A DNA stretch of 64,000 nt, taken from contig OY759599.1 in NCBI GenBank assembly GCA_963662465.1, positions 7,072,001 through 7,136,000 of the forward strand, given 5' to 3'. Of the stretch, positions 1 through 10,910 are shown piece after piece. This DNA comes from Desulfatiglandales bacterium (GTDB lineage: Bacteria > Desulfobacterota > DSM-4660 > Desulfatiglandales > Desulfatiglandaceae). The notes beneath the pieces were generated by a model. That model saw only the letters and a program-made list of their open reading frames with translations. It was not told the DNA's origin and made no database searches. The translations under genes and the position numbers were made by a program. The first letter of the stretch is position 1, and each line of letters opens with the position of its first letter.

Positions 1-775
1 GGCGTGCTGTATCCAACTTGCAGGCAGCATAAAGCCATACGCGCGCCTTTGTTTTGCTTGGCAAATTCCGGATGCCAAGGATGAGACCTGCTTCGCGTCC
101 GTGAAGATTTTTCAGTTGCTCGATGGAGCGGGTATTCTTTGCAATCATCAAGACAAAAGTAAACAATAACTTATATTTATTTCCCAAGAAGGAGGATGTC
201 ATCCGCGCCCAGTTATTGAGGTGGATCAAAGTAATCAGGTAAGTAAAAACGCCCGCATAGCGCGTTGCTTCCCAGCCATGTTTCTCGCTGAAGGGTTGAT
301 CTTCCGGGTCAAGAGTGCGGTCGCCGAAAGGGAGTTCAACTTGTGTATCCAGCCGCTCTCTCTCCCCTTTTCGTATCTGCTCCAGTTGCCTGGCCTTGTT
401 CCCTTTAAGAGCTTCATCGGCATGGGCTTCACGGTTCTGGCGCAAGGTCGCACCTTTTGAAGGCGTATAGTTGCGGATAAGGCCTTCAAGACCGAAATGT
501 TTCTTTATTTCCTGGTAGTTATGGATGGTCTGGCGGCTGATGTTAAGCGCTTCTGCAAGATGGGTTTTGGTAGCGCCAAGCTCGGCGGCTTCGACGACAA
601 AAAATCTTTTGGCCACCTTGTCAGAAAGGTCAGCAGTCTTTACCAAGACGTCATTATGGTAAAGGCTGACGTGCGTTTCGATGTCGTCTTTAAATTTCAG
701 ATAGAGCCGCTGGCCGATGAATTTAAGCGCTTTATCTTCGTTCGATACATCATCGAACAATAATCCCTGGGTCAT
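1..775 (-). CDS. Putative transposase, N-terminal part (runs off the window start)
   Basis: Manual translation from ATG at 775 gives an open frame to the edge (MTQGLLFDD...LAEALNISRQTIHNY...) with an HTH-like segment; it abuts a 5'-truncated epimerase gene. Confidence 0.55.
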   Translation of the reverse strand, partial: MTQGLLFDDVSNEDKALKFIGQRLYLKFKDDIETHVSLYHNDVLVKTADLSDKVAKRFFVVEAAELGATKTHLAEALNISRQTIHNYQEIKKHFGLEGLIRNYTPSKGATLRQNREAHADEALKGNKARQLEQIRKGERERLDTQVELPFGDRTLDPEDQPFSEKHGWEATRYAGVFTYLITLIHLNNWARMTSSFLGNKYKLLFTFVLMIAKNTRSIEQLKNLHGREAGLILGIRNLPSKTKARVWLYAACKLDTAR

Positions 776-977
776 GATTGCCTCGCTTCATTGTTTGCAG
801 AAACGAGAGTATTCCATCCTTCCGGAAGTGTCAATTAATTTTTACAAATTAAAAAATTTCAAAAATTATATTAATATCTTGCAACTTCGACTGTCCAATT
901 CTCAATTAGAGACACTCTAACTGCTTGAAAACACGATTGGACCACCGCAAAACCGCCCGGGGCTTAACGAGGTCTGG

Positions 978-1206
978 TATAAAAGAATTGTGTGACCTGA
1001 TCCTGAAACTGAAGGAATCAGACTTGAAGGTCACCTACAGACCCTACAGCGCTGAAGATGCCCGCCGGCTCGTCCAGAACCGGATCGGTAGTCCCGACAA
1101 AGCTGAACGGGATCTGGGATTTCGTTACAAGGATTCCCTTCGGGAGGGGCTTTTGAAGTTGATTGAGTGGAGAGAGGAAAATGGGAAACTGAAAGCTCAA
1201 AACTGA
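978..1206 (+). pseudogene. C-terminal fragment of NAD-dependent epimerase/dehydratase
   Basis: IKELCDLIL...RIGSPDKAERDLGFRYKDSLREGLLKLIEW is typical of an extended-SDR C-terminus; the 5' part is replaced by the upstream element. Confidence 0.75.
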
Positions 1207-1357
1207 TCCGCGGATTACGCAGATTGCGCAGATTATTTGTATCGGACCTGATTGCGGAGCTGCACAATAGGTCTAATTCGCATGTACTCGGAAATTTTAA
1301 ATGATAAAACAGAAATCCAAAAAATCCTGTTAATCCTGTCTGAAAATTGGAGAACAT

Positions 1358-1858
1358 ATGAAAATTCCCCTCATTAAACCCTACATCACCCAGGAAGTGA
1401 AAGACAAAGTCTGCGAAGTCCTGGACAGCGGTTACCTCACCGAAGGGCCGGTGACCCGTGAATTCGAGGAAGCCTTTCGATCGTATATCGGCTGCAACCA
1501 TGCCATACCGTCACTTCCTGTACGACCGGCCTGGAGATGGCGTTGCGCGTCCTGAATATCGGCCCTGGAGACGAAGTCATCGTACCGGATTACACCTACC
1601 CGGCCACCGCTGATGTGGTGGCCATTGTGGGTGCTAAGATCGTGATTGTGGATGTGTCCAAAGAAACCATGCTGATCGACTAAGATAAGATCGAATCTGC
1701 GATCACCGAAAAAACCAAAGCAATTATTCCGGTTTCAGGTTTTGGAAATCCGCTCGACTATGAATGTCTTGCTCAAATCAACGAAAAATTCGGGGTCTAT
1801 ATTGTTGAAGACGCGGCCTGCTCCATAACCCCGAATGGGCCGACTGGATGTTTTCATA
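1358..1858 (+). pseudogene. DegT/DnrJ/EryC1/StrS aminotransferase, 5' part
   Basis: MKIPLIKPY...GYLTEGPVTREFEE...; frameshift near 1505, stop at 1681, internal deletion after EDAACSI, then interrupted by an IS. Confidence 0.9.
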
Positions 1859-1900
1859 CGCATAAGTCTAAATGTTGTGGGGTTGTATAACCCATCAAAA

Positions 1901-3709
1901 TTAAAAGGCGTTTTCGGTAAACAAGAATGCATTATGAACATTCATAACTTGAATCCAAGGTAAGTCAAATGTTTGGCCGTTGGCTAATTCAAAGGGACTT
2001 TTATGAGCATTTTTTGCGCCAGGTAAAAATGGGACAAAATTCCTGATAGTCGCATGTGCTCGAAAGAAAAGACTTGCCCATTTCTTATCTCGAAAACTCT
2101 CAATTTGTTTTAGTTTACGTTTGATTCCTTTTAAATAATTGTCAACAATGGAGGTTGTTTGTTTTATCCCATTTCTATTTTTATGAGAGGTATAATGAGT
2201 GGCATTTTCTTTTAATTCTACTACCCTCTTTTTTAGTAATGGATGAGAAAATGCATCGTCATCTAATGCCTTAATCTTTACTTCCAAGTTAACTTTAGAT
2301 GTGGATGTTTTCAAAACTTTCTTAAATTTTTTATAAAGCTTGTCCACTTCTTGGTCGGTACATTTTGATTCTTTTTGATATTTTGATAGTGCATCGTAGA
2401 AGTTTTTCAAACAATGACGATGGCAATATCCGACCCAAATGTTATGGAATACGGTCTTGATAGCATTGGTTGAGGCTTTCCACTTATCTTTTGTTACACC
2501 AAGGATTTTGAAGTCGATTTTTTGCAAAAAATCCTCAAATGAACCGCACAGGTTTTCTTCATCAACATGATCAACATAATCGGAGTGCCATACTAATAAA
2601 TTTTCAGGATCGACCATAACTACAGAATAAGTTCTTAAATTTGGTTCTTTTTCAAAGCCCTCATCTTCCTGTAGATATCCTGAGCCTTTCACTCCTGCTC
2701 TTGTTAGTATTGTTGCAGGATGAAGTGTTCCTGCCCATCGATTCCAGTTCAAGATGGTCTGTTTGCTTTTGACACTTTTTTTGCCAATAATTTTAAGGCT
2801 TTCGATGGCTCCTTGAATGCTCGCATTAAAACGGTACATATTCCGAAATACGTGCCCAATAATCTCTATACCAAAATTCTTTTCCCTTGGGAGAAAGCTG
2901 GGAACAAGAGAGAACTTTTGTTTGCACTTCCGGCATTGTATCATGCGGATTGGGAATGTCTGTTGTTCTCCTCCATTCATTATTGTTTTTCGAGGATTCC
3001 CGCGGAAACCAGATAAAATATATTCTTTAGGTCCAGAACATGTTGAATTATGGCCTGTGTGGTGATCATATTTATCGAGTTTATCTAATACTTCAATGCG
3101 AAACTTCTTACTATCTTTTACGAGAGCATGATAGCTTTCGGTGTTATTATAAGGAAAGATATATGTTTGATTTCCTCGTTTAGAAACAAGGTCTTCCATT
3201 TTCTTTTTTACATTTTCGATTATGGATTTATCAAAAGATTTTAACATCCCTATCTCAAATGCAATACTGATTGTACTATCACGACTTTTTACATTATTCA
3301 ATTTTTTAGTAATATTACTTATCATTGAACGAATTGAATAAAAGATTCTAATTTTCTGTCGATCCCGTTGTGTTTTTGGAATGCTTTTTTTCCCTTTTAT
3401 TGGCTTACAAATATCCCATAATTGACTTATTAACCTACCAAATTCATCAATAAGAGCAGACAATGTTACATAAAAATATTGCAATGATTGAAACATCTCC
3501 CTTTCATTGATCCATGATCTGATGGCATTAATGCATTTCTCAATTTCAAAGAAAATCTCAGGATACTGTTTTGGATCGTAATAACATTGTCTTGCAAGTC
3601 TGTTTTGAGCTTTGTCCAACATTGTCAAAGCTCTCTTAATATTATTAATCATGTGCAACCTCTCTAATTTAACATAGACTGTTGCACTATGATTATGCAC
3701 ACTTATCAA
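1901..3709 (-). CDS. IS-A DDE transposase (602 aa; true start may be a later ATG)
   Basis: ORF lies inside the IRs; TKDKWKASTNAIKTVF..VGYCHRHCLKNF resembles the IS256/MULE D..CxxH region. Confidence 0.8.
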   Translation of the reverse strand: MISVHNHSATVYVKLERLHMINNIKRALTMLDKAQNRLARQCYYDPKQYPEIFFEIEKCINAIRSWINEREMFQSLQYFYVTLSALIDEFGRLISQLWDICKPIKGKKSIPKTQRDRQKIRIFYSIRSMISNITKKLNNVKSRDSTISIAFEIGMLKSFDKSIIENVKKKMEDLVSKRGNQTYIFPYNNTESYHALVKDSKKFRIEVLDKLDKYDHHTGHNSTCSGPKEYILSGFRGNPRKTIMNGGEQQTFPIRMIQCRKCKQKFSLVPSFLPREKNFGIEIIGHVFRNMYRFNASIQGAIESLKIIGKKSVKSKQTILNWNRWAGTLHPATILTRAGVKGSGYLQEDEGFEKEPNLRTYSVVMVDPENLLVWHSDYVDHVDEENLCGSFEDFLQKIDFKILGVTKDKWKASTNAIKTVFHNIWVGYCHRHCLKNFYDALSKYQKESKCTDQEVDKLYKKFKKVLKTSTSKVNLEVKIKALDDDAFSHPLLKKRVVELKENATHYTSHKNRNGIKQTTSIVDNYLKGIKRKLKQIESFRDKKWASLFFRAHATIRNFVPFLPGAKNAHKSPFELANGQTFDLPWIQVMNVHNAFLFTENAF

Positions 3710-3729
3710 AAAAAGTCCCTAACTTTTTT

Positions 3730-5672
3730 GAGAGGTTTGCGCTGTACCGTTTTTGTGCCGTACCGGGGGTGTTCTGGGCCCCAAAAAAACGCGGGCGCGA
3801 GGTCTGAGAGGGCGACATGGCAGCAGAATATTATGGTTTCCAAAGACATACCCCAAAAACCCGATAATTGGACATGCTAATCCCTTTAACTTTAAATTAA
3901 ATCATTTATTTATAACTATTTTAAATAAATTGGATTAGGCGGCTCTGGCTATTGGCCGTACAAGGGAGCGCATTTGCTCAATACGGCCAGCCCTTACATG
4001 ACCAAGGGCCATTGCCATCATTACGGCGGTGGCCAAGCAAACTCTTGTTTGCATTTTGGCTTGGCCGCGTATGTAATGTTTCTCAAAACCAAAATCATTA
4101 TCGATCCGACTGTTGATTCTCTCCAAAGAAGAACGCCGATTATACGCTCGGTCCCAACCCTGCGTACCATAGGGAATGGGTGTGAAGATTCGCCGATCTT
4201 CCTCAGTGATATTTATTCTGACAATTCGCCCATAATCTCCGGGATTAACTTGCCCCGCAGATGAACACTCTCCACATCCTTCACAGGAAAAGCCGTTTGC
4301 AGCTGCGGGACAACGATATTTCAGGGTATTGCGATTTTTTTCAAAGCCACAAAAAGCCATGTCCCGCTGTTCTCCAGTAGCCGGACAAATACAATGGACT
4401 GTCCCTTTCTCAGTATACACAATGGTATCTGCCCGGTCAGGATAAAGAGGTCGTGTGATCGGTTTTGCAGGATCGTATCCCGGCTCATTCTTTTCATCTC
4501 TCCACAGTTCACGGGTATCAATGCCGGGCCGAATCCCATATTCATCCAACAGCTGAGCCTTAGTTTTGCCGGAATCCAAACCACGGTCCGCCACAAAATC
4601 ATCACAGCGCTCGCCAAGCTGCGGTGTTTCCTCAAAAATTTCTTTGATCATGCTTCGCAGTTCCTTGTGTTCCGAATGCGAGGCAGGTGTTACATGAACT
4701 GCCACCGGAATTTCATATAGGGTATCAGCGATCAAATGAAGGCCATATCCAAACCAGCTTTTTACTTTTGTCCACTGCTTTCCGGTTTTACTGTCTGTCC
4801 CTTTCGTTTCATGCTTGCCCCAATCTGCATCCGTATCGGAGGTTTCACCGGTTTTCCGGCTTTCTTGTCCCGTACTATAACTGTTGATAGCCTTGCCGTC
4901 ATACCCTAAATGACAACCAAAATCAGGGAGTTCTGTCATTAAGGATTCTCGAAGCCCACGCACCATGCCGCTGACCATATTACCATATTCTTCCAGTTCT
5001 ATGACGCTCCTTAAAAATCTTGAGAAATTCCAACTACCTGGAACCAAAAAATATGCATTTCCGCTCTCAGACCGTATGATTTCCATTCGGCCCGTTTCCT
5101 CATTGCGTCTCAGTTCAGCTACCGGTTTTTTTTGCCTCGGCAGAATATCAAATCCGCATGCCTCTAATAACGCCGGATTCCTGGACAATTCGCGAATCAA
5201 AGATTCAATGGATGCATGCTGGAACACGACTCCCGCAATAAGCGCGTTCCACATTGCGCGTATCGGAAAATCATCTCTCCCATTGCCGCGACGCTTTTCA
5301 AGTGCCGCTACAATATTCTCATCAGGCAGATTATCGCGCACCAGATAGAAACGGTCCAAATCCGAGCGTGCTTCGACATCATTCCACGAAAAAAGAAACG
5401 GACTCACTGCTGCCAAGTTTCGGCCTCCATCAAATATTTAAAGAAACACTCTATCCTGTTATCTGATGAAGGCATTGTACAATATTTTGTATTAAAATCA
5501 AGGTATTCCGACAAGTTCTTTCGCTTGGGGTGAAAAAATGGAAAATTCCGACTCGATCTAGCTAAGTGCTTGATTTCAGGATGCCCACCCATCTTTTTTT
5601 TGGGGTAATGTTTTTTTGACACTGCCAAATCCCTCCAGGATACCAGAGACTTAAGCACAGCGCAAACCCCTC
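3730..5672 (-). mobile_element. IS-B copy 1 (1943 bp, IS1182/IS5-like)
   Basis: IR GAGAGGTTTGCGCTGT / ACAGCGCAAACCCCTC; duplicates a T6 run relative to intact IS-A copies; near-identical copy at 30562-32504. Confidence 0.95.
3935..5416 (-). CDS. IS-B DDE transposase (493 aa)
   Basis: YDGKAI, WFGYGLHLIAD, ADRGLD and YNRRSSLERINSRI motifs of IS4/IS5-superfamily DDE enzymes. Confidence 0.9.
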   Translation of the reverse strand: MAAVSPFLFSWNDVEARSDLDRFYLVRDNLPDENIVAALEKRRGNGRDDFPIRAMWNALIAGVVFQHASIESLIRELSRNPALLEACGFDILPRQKKPVAELRRNEETGRMEIIRSESGNAYFLVPGSWNFSRFLRSVIELEEYGNMVSGMVRGLRESLMTELPDFGCHLGYDGKAINSYSTGQESRKTGETSDTDADWGKHETKGTDSKTGKQWTKVKSWFGYGLHLIADTLYEIPVAVHVTPASHSEHKELRSMIKEIFEETPQLGERCDDFVADRGLDSGKTKAQLLDEYGIRPGIDTRELWRDEKNEPGYDPAKPITRPLYPDRADTIVYTEKGTVHCICPATGEQRDMAFCGFEKNRNTLKYRCPAAANGFSCEGCGECSSAGQVNPGDYGRIVRINITEEDRRIFTPIPYGTQGWDRAYNRRSSLERINSRIDNDFGFEKHYIRGQAKMQTRVCLATAVMMAMALGHVRAGRIEQMRSLVRPIARAA

Positions 5673-5821
5673 TTTTTTCCGCTAAGGCGAATTCAGGAAA
5701 AAATGTTTGGCCTCACGAAATGCGCTTTGATTAGGATATTGATTCGGAACCGTTTAACAGATGAAATAATTTCAATATGTTAGAGTAAACCCCACAACAT
5801 TTAGACTTATGCGTTTTCATA

Positions 5822-6308
5822 TAAACATTTCGGCATGGGGGTCAACGATTCGAGGCTCTCCACGGACTTCGCCCGGATCGGCACCAACTACAAACTCAGC
5901 AACATCCTGGCGGCGGTCGGTTTGGTTCAGATGAATCATGTTGACGAACTGCTCAACCAACGACTTGAATTGTCTCAAAATTACATCGAACTCCTTCAAG
6001 GTCAGAAACAGGTTGTCATTCCCAAAACCACGGCCCAGGGAAAACACTCCCGGCAATCCTTCTGCATCTACGTAAACAATCGCGACCAAATCATGAAGCA
6101 GATGCGGGACCAGAGCATCGAGGTGCAGATCGGCACCTACGCCCTTCATCTCCACCCGGCATTCGTCCCCAGCGATTTCTGCCACATCCAAGGCGACATG
6201 GCCGGGAGCAAATATGCTTTTGATCATTGTCTTACCCTGCCACTCTATCATGAGTTAACGAAAACAGACCAGGAAACTGTCGTCGATATTCTGAAGCATT
6301 TTCTGTAA
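5822..6308 (+). pseudogene. DegT-family aminotransferase, 3' part
   Basis: Continues WMFSY|KHFGMG across the TSD; GTNYKLSNILAAVG and LTLPLY motifs. Confidence 0.9.
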
Positions 6309-6328
6309 AATATACACCTTATGTTCAT

Positions 6329-6643
6329 ATGAAAAGCCCCATTCAGTTCCCGTCTATGGCTCTTTACGAAAGCAACCGCAAGCATAAAGAACCCTGGCAA
6401 CCCGGTGCGCGCGGGTCACTCTGCCCTCCTAACCTTCATCCTCTGGCGCAGAAACTGCTTGACGAAAGCGATCTTTTGGGGAATAAGAGATACGCGGTTT
6501 ACGAGGGGAAAGCCTTTTGTGCTCAACAACATACGGAAGGCAGGTGGCATGGGTATCCGGTACTGTGGAGGGAAGTCCCGGAAGCCGTCAGGAGAAAATG
6601 GCTGAACGAGGGTAAAATCGTGCGCCGGGATCTCAAGACGTGA
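6329..6643 (+). CDS. Small hypothetical protein (WHGYP motif) upstream of ImmA/IrrE peptidase
   Basis: ORF with KHK..GSLCP and RWHGYPV motifs; operonic with 6669-8231. Confidence 0.6.
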   Translation: MKSPIQFPSMALYESNRKHKEPWQPGARGSLCPPNLHPLAQKLLDESDLLGNKRYAVYEGKAFCAQQHTEGRWHGYPVLWREVPEAVRRKWLNEGKIVRRDLKT

Positions 6644-6668
6644 AGATATCTGAGCATGGGATAAAGAA

Positions 6669-8231
6669 ATGAATACCTGGAAAGCCTGTTTTGGGAAAAA
6701 AGAAGAATTCGCCATTGCCGTTGATTTTGTGCCGGACCCGGATCAGGGACAAGGGGCTACGGCAGAGGATACCGCCTCCTGGGGATCGTTGGAGATTTGG
6801 GTCAAGGGGCAAAACCTTTGCGAGCACATCGAGGATGGCCGGATCATGCCGTCTGTGAACTGGTACCTGCTTCCTTTTCTGGAATGGCTTTCCCAATGCT
6901 GGGATCCCCTGTTGCATGAACAGAAGCTTCCCATAAAGCAGAGTGATGCCAAAAATACCGCATGGGCTTCTTTTCAGAGCCTTTTCCAGCCTCCCATCGG
7001 TTACGATGACAACCAGGCCTCGGAATGGGATAAAAAATGGCATGAGTGGATGACTCGGCACAGTCTTCTAATGGCCAGGGACGGAGGTCTTTTTCCGGAT
7101 CTTTTCATTCGGCGGTATCGCGATCAGATAGAACTATCATGGGGAGAGATTCTGCACCCCGGCGCCCCCCAGGGTTTCCGCTTTTGCGTTCCTGGTGGGT
7201 TTGTGCGGTTGTCGCCTGCCTCGGTTTCAGAACCCCTTTTCGAGCTATTGAAAGGTTCAGCCCAATTCCTAATGGACCGATGCGCCGGTTCAGAGAGGAT
7301 AGAAATCCTAAGCCAGGCTATTCAGCGTATTCCGCAGGCTGATCAAACAGCGCGTTTGGCGTGGCTGGCGGGTTTGGACCTGGAAATCGGGAAAGCCATA
7401 GGCCGATGGAATCGATTTGTGGAAAGGGTTACCGATACACTCAGCGAGGCAGGCAAACGCCTTTTTTCAGAAAGCCAATCTCTCGCAAATATCGTTATAA
7501 CAGGATCTTGTGATGCAGCCATGATGTTCGGTTCTCTTGCGCCGACCATAGAGGAAGAGGATGTGGTGGTGATCGCCCGCAAGATGATCGAAGCCGCGGA
7601 GCAGAAACAGCATGCCGAAGTATTGGAGCGATTGACAAGACCCGTTCAGTTGGATGACGATCCATCGCCCCCGTGGGAACAGGGCTACAATTTGGCAATG
7701 GCTTTGTACGAGGAAATGCCCGTCAGCCAGAGCGGCGGGTCTGTTGATGTGGCAGGCGTGCTAAGGGGATTGGGTATTCATTTTGGGGAGATCTCCTTGA
7801 CAGACGGCGAGATCCGCGCAATCAGCCTGGCTGGCCCTCGTCATCAGCCGACCATTCTGCTCAATACCAATAACCCTACAAATCAGTACGATTCAGGCCG
7901 GCGATTCACCTTTGCTCATGAACTGTGTCATCTTCTTTATGACCGGACATATGGCATGAAACTGGCAATGGCGTCAGGCCCGTGGGCGCCCAGGGATATC
8001 GAAAGACGCGCCAATGCCTTTGCAGCTATGTTTATCATGCCCACCCACTTGGTAAGGGAACTGTTCGGACGGCTGACGAGTTCCAGGATAACCATCCAGG
8101 AGATTCTGGAAATGGCCGCGACACTGAAGGCGAGTGTGGTCGGCGTGATCGATCATTTGAAGAACCTCGGGTTTATTGATGAAGACGCACAGGAAAGGTT
8201 GAAGGAAGAGGCCGCCAAAGCCCATTCGTAA
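6669..8231 (+). CDS. ImmA/IrrE-family zinc metallopeptidase with long N-terminal extension
   Basis: RRFTFAHELCH (HEXXH) and ERRANAFAAMFIMP in the C-terminal third. Confidence 0.85.
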   Translation: MNTWKACFGKKEEFAIAVDFVPDPDQGQGATAEDTASWGSLEIWVKGQNLCEHIEDGRIMPSVNWYLLPFLEWLSQCWDPLLHEQKLPIKQSDAKNTAWASFQSLFQPPIGYDDNQASEWDKKWHEWMTRHSLLMARDGGLFPDLFIRRYRDQIELSWGEILHPGAPQGFRFCVPGGFVRLSPASVSEPLFELLKGSAQFLMDRCAGSERIEILSQAIQRIPQADQTARLAWLAGLDLEIGKAIGRWNRFVERVTDTLSEAGKRLFSESQSLANIVITGSCDAAMMFGSLAPTIEEEDVVVIARKMIEAAEQKQHAEVLERLTRPVQLDDDPSPPWEQGYNLAMALYEEMPVSQSGGSVDVAGVLRGLGIHFGEISLTDGEIRAISLAGPRHQPTILLNTNNPTNQYDSGRRFTFAHELCHLLYDRTYGMKLAMASGPWAPRDIERRANAFAAMFIMPTHLVRELFGRLTSSRITIQEILEMAATLKASVVGVIDHLKNLGFIDEDAQERLKEEAAKAHS

Positions 8232-8237
8232 ACACAA

Positions 8238-8610
8238 GATAAATATTGCCTGTACTGGCAGAGACTGATAGACAACCTCTATATCAAAGAAATCTTTGCA
8301 CCCGTATGGGATGGTGTTAAGGGTGTTTGGATGCGTGATATATTCTGGAATGTCTTTTTGAAACATGGCCACAATCTTCAAAAACCCGAAGATTATATTA
8401 ATCATTCCATGACTTTTGAGGCAAAGACTTTCCTTCATGGTCTCTTATTGGTAGAAGACAAGATTAGCATGGCTCATGGTCTTGAAGTGAGGGTCCTTTT
8501 TTTGGACAACGATCCGGTTGATTTTGCTATGCGTGTTCCTGTTCGTTTGAAATTGAAGCATCTGGCAAATATAGAACGAATTAATGAAAATGAGCCCGGA
8601 TCGAAACAGG
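8238..8610 (+). pseudogene. Internal fragment of asparagine synthase-like amidotransferase
   Basis: FEAKTFLHGLLLVEDKISMAHGLEVRV.FLDND.VDFAM motif; both ends missing. Confidence 0.8.
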
Positions 8611-9008
8611 AGTTGTATTGGCTCTCGGCGCATGGCGGTGTTGGAAGGAACCCAGCGCAGGATACAAGGCCTGGATAAGCTGAAAAATCACAACTCCAAT
8701 GCGAGCCAAGCAGTAAACCAATGCGGTGAGGGGTGTATGTGAGCCTTCACTTAAGCTTCCGCTGTATTGGGAAGGCTGTTTGAGGAAAGCCACGAGAAAC
8801 TAAATTAATTAAAGAGCGTCCCCCTGCCCATGTATGCCATGCGCCATGCTCCCTGCGCTATGCGATATCGCGTCCCCCTGCCCTAATGGGGTGGAACAAA
8901 ATCACACTGCCATTCCCTGGCATTGGTCAATTATTTTGCATTGACAAAGGCACCATTATGACGTACATTTATGCAGCGTGTTGATAAAAAACTCAGGGAA
9001 ACTTTACC

Positions 9009-9296
9009 ATGGATGCAGCAACTCAAAATAGAAACGAGCGGATCAACCTCCGTGTGAAAAGCAGCGCAAAGCGCCTCTTAACGCGTGCAGCCGATTTTGA
9101 GGGCAAGACCGTCAGTCATTTTATATTGACCAGTGCCTTGAAGCGTGCAGAGGAAACCGTCCAGGAGCATCAGATGATGGCGTTGAATACGAAAAATTCA
9201 AGGGCCTTTTTTGATGCGCTGGCCGCTCCGGTGCGTTTTAACCGCAAATTGACCGCAGCTCTTGAAGAATATGATAAGCGCGTCATCAGCAAATGA
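9009..9296 (+). CDS. DUF1778 (TacA/AtaR-like) antitoxin
   Basis: ERINLRV..KRLLTRAA..EGKTVSHFILTSA; overlaps the GNAT gene. Confidence 0.9.
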   Translation: MDAATQNRNERINLRVKSSAKRLLTRAADFEGKTVSHFILTSALKRAEETVQEHQMMALNTKNSRAFFDALAAPVRFNRKLTAALEEYDKRVISK

Positions 9297-9835
9297 CGAA
9301 TTTCCGGAATCTGGTCATAGCGCCGCTGAACGCCGCTCATGACAGAGTCGGTTTCCGCTGTAACGTAGAAGCATTGGATCAGTATATTCATAAGCAGGCA
9401 GGGCAGGATATCAGACGCCGCATCAGTCGTATTTTTGTTGCAGCGCTGCCGGACAACCCCAAAGAGGTAATGGGTTATTACAGCCTGAGCACATTATCCA
9501 TTGAACTGAGGCAATTGCCTGAAAAGCTGGCCAGGAAGCTGCCGAAGCATCCAGTCCCCGCTGCTCTGATTGGCAGACTGGCAGTCAGTAAAAATGCCCA
9601 GGGATTTGGCATCGGCAAAATGCTGCTGGTAGATGCTATTAAGCGAACCCTGTCGGTCAGTGACCAGATCGCAATCTATGCCATTGTTGTTGATGCCATT
9701 AACGACAACGCCAAAGGCTTTTATGAGCAATTCGGGTTTGCCCGCTTAAGCGATGACAGTCCAAGACTGTTTCTGCCTTTAAAATCTTTTGAAGACAACC
9801 CAGTACCCATTAACCCAATACCCAGTGCCTATTAA
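9293..9835 (+). CDS. GNAT acetyltransferase toxin (TacT/AtaT-like)
   Basis: LIGRLAVS..AQGFGIGKMLL, VDAIND.AKGFYEQFGF. Confidence 0.9.
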   Translation: MTNFRNLVIAPLNAAHDRVGFRCNVEALDQYIHKQAGQDIRRRISRIFVAALPDNPKEVMGYYSLSTLSIELRQLPEKLARKLPKHPVPAALIGRLAVSKNAQGFGIGKMLLVDAIKRTLSVSDQIAIYAIVVDAINDNAKGFYEQFGFARLSDDSPRLFLPLKSFEDNPVPINPIPSAY

Positions 9836-10019
9836 CACGTCCTTCAGACCGCATCGACTGCCCAGAATTCAGCATTCAGCATTCAGCATTCAGAAAAAGC
9901 TATTTATTTTCTTATGGATGTCCCCCATTGCTACAAAGCCCTAAGCAAATATCCTGTAAAATCCTGCCTGCCCCGTAGCTCCGGCAGATGGTACTGGGGT
10001 TAATCCTGTCAAAAAAAAA

Positions 10020-10315
10020 GGTCCCGGTTTTTCAGGAATCAGGACAAACTGAAGGAAACCGCTGTTCAGGATGACCTGAATAAGACCCTGTTCGGAGCCG
10101 ATGCCGTTATTTTGGCGGTGCGACACCGGGCCTATCTTGATTTGGATCCGGATGGGGTGGTGGAAATGATCGGTGGTCCGGCGGCCGTGGTGGATTGTTT
10201 CGGGGTGTTGGAGGATGTAGCCATCAAGCGCTATTTTGAACTGTGCTGTGAGGTCAAAGGTCTCGGCCGGGGGCATGTGAAACGAATCAAGGATGCGGTC
10301 AGAGATGCTGCGTAA
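10020..10315 (+). pseudogene. Diverged duplicate of the 3' end of the dehydrogenase (13429-13724)
   Basis: Aligns by eye from GGTCCCGGTTT to the stop codon. Confidence 0.9.
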
Positions 10316-10374
10316 GACAGCTTATCAACAAAAAATCCTAAAAATCCCGTAAATCCTGTCAAAAATGAAAAGGC

Positions 10375-10869
10375 CTTAGCCGAAAAGACCATCGAAGATA
10401 TCCATCTCCATTTTGGAGAACCCAAAAGAGCCCCTATAAAGAGGTATCGAGAATTCGTCGAGAGAGGGATCAAACAGGCCTGGCCGACTCGCCTGAGGCT
10501 CTCGAAGGCGGGCGTGGGAAGGAGGACGCGAGGATCTTTGGGAGTGGTGATTTGATTGATGAGGTTCTCGATAACTCGAATGAATCCTATGAATTGAAGA
10601 AGAGGAACAAGAGTTTGTTGGATGATTTGATTCAGCGTGTAATGTCCGATATGCCTTTGGAAATGGCCCAATTAAAGTCACCGAAGAGAGACTCAAGAAC
10701 AAGCAAAATAAAGTTGATCATAAGTTTTTTGGCGGTGAACCAACTCGGAATGAGCGCTACAACTGTAGCCGAAAAACTGGATATTACCGGTATGGCGGTC
10801 GGAAAGTGCGCGGATAGAGCAGAAAAAAGGTTTGACACACAACGAATAATAGCGGAATATCTCCAATAA
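10375..10869 (+). pseudogene. C-terminal remnant of a REP-associated (Y1/RAYT-type) transposase with DnaA_C-like HTH
   Basis: YREFVERGIKQG..RIFGSGD, LAVNQLGMSATTVAEKL; followed directly by AAGTTGACAGCGTCCCCC. Confidence 0.6.
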
Positions 10870-10910
10870 GTTTACAAGTTGACAGCGTCCCCCTTTCAGG
10901 AGTCTAAGCG

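Larger units (their letters stand above)
1859..5813 (-). mobile_element. IS-A copy 1 (2006-bp IS256/Mutator-like element) containing nested IS-B
   Basis: 24-bp terminal IR CGCATAAGTCTAAATGTTGTGGGG; 8-bp TSD TTTTCATA at 1851-1858 and 5814-5821. Confidence 0.95.

Noticed and set aside
2720..5658. Short ORFs antisense to or overlapping the transposases (repeated in every IS copy)
   Set aside because: Shadow ORFs without recognisable motifs.
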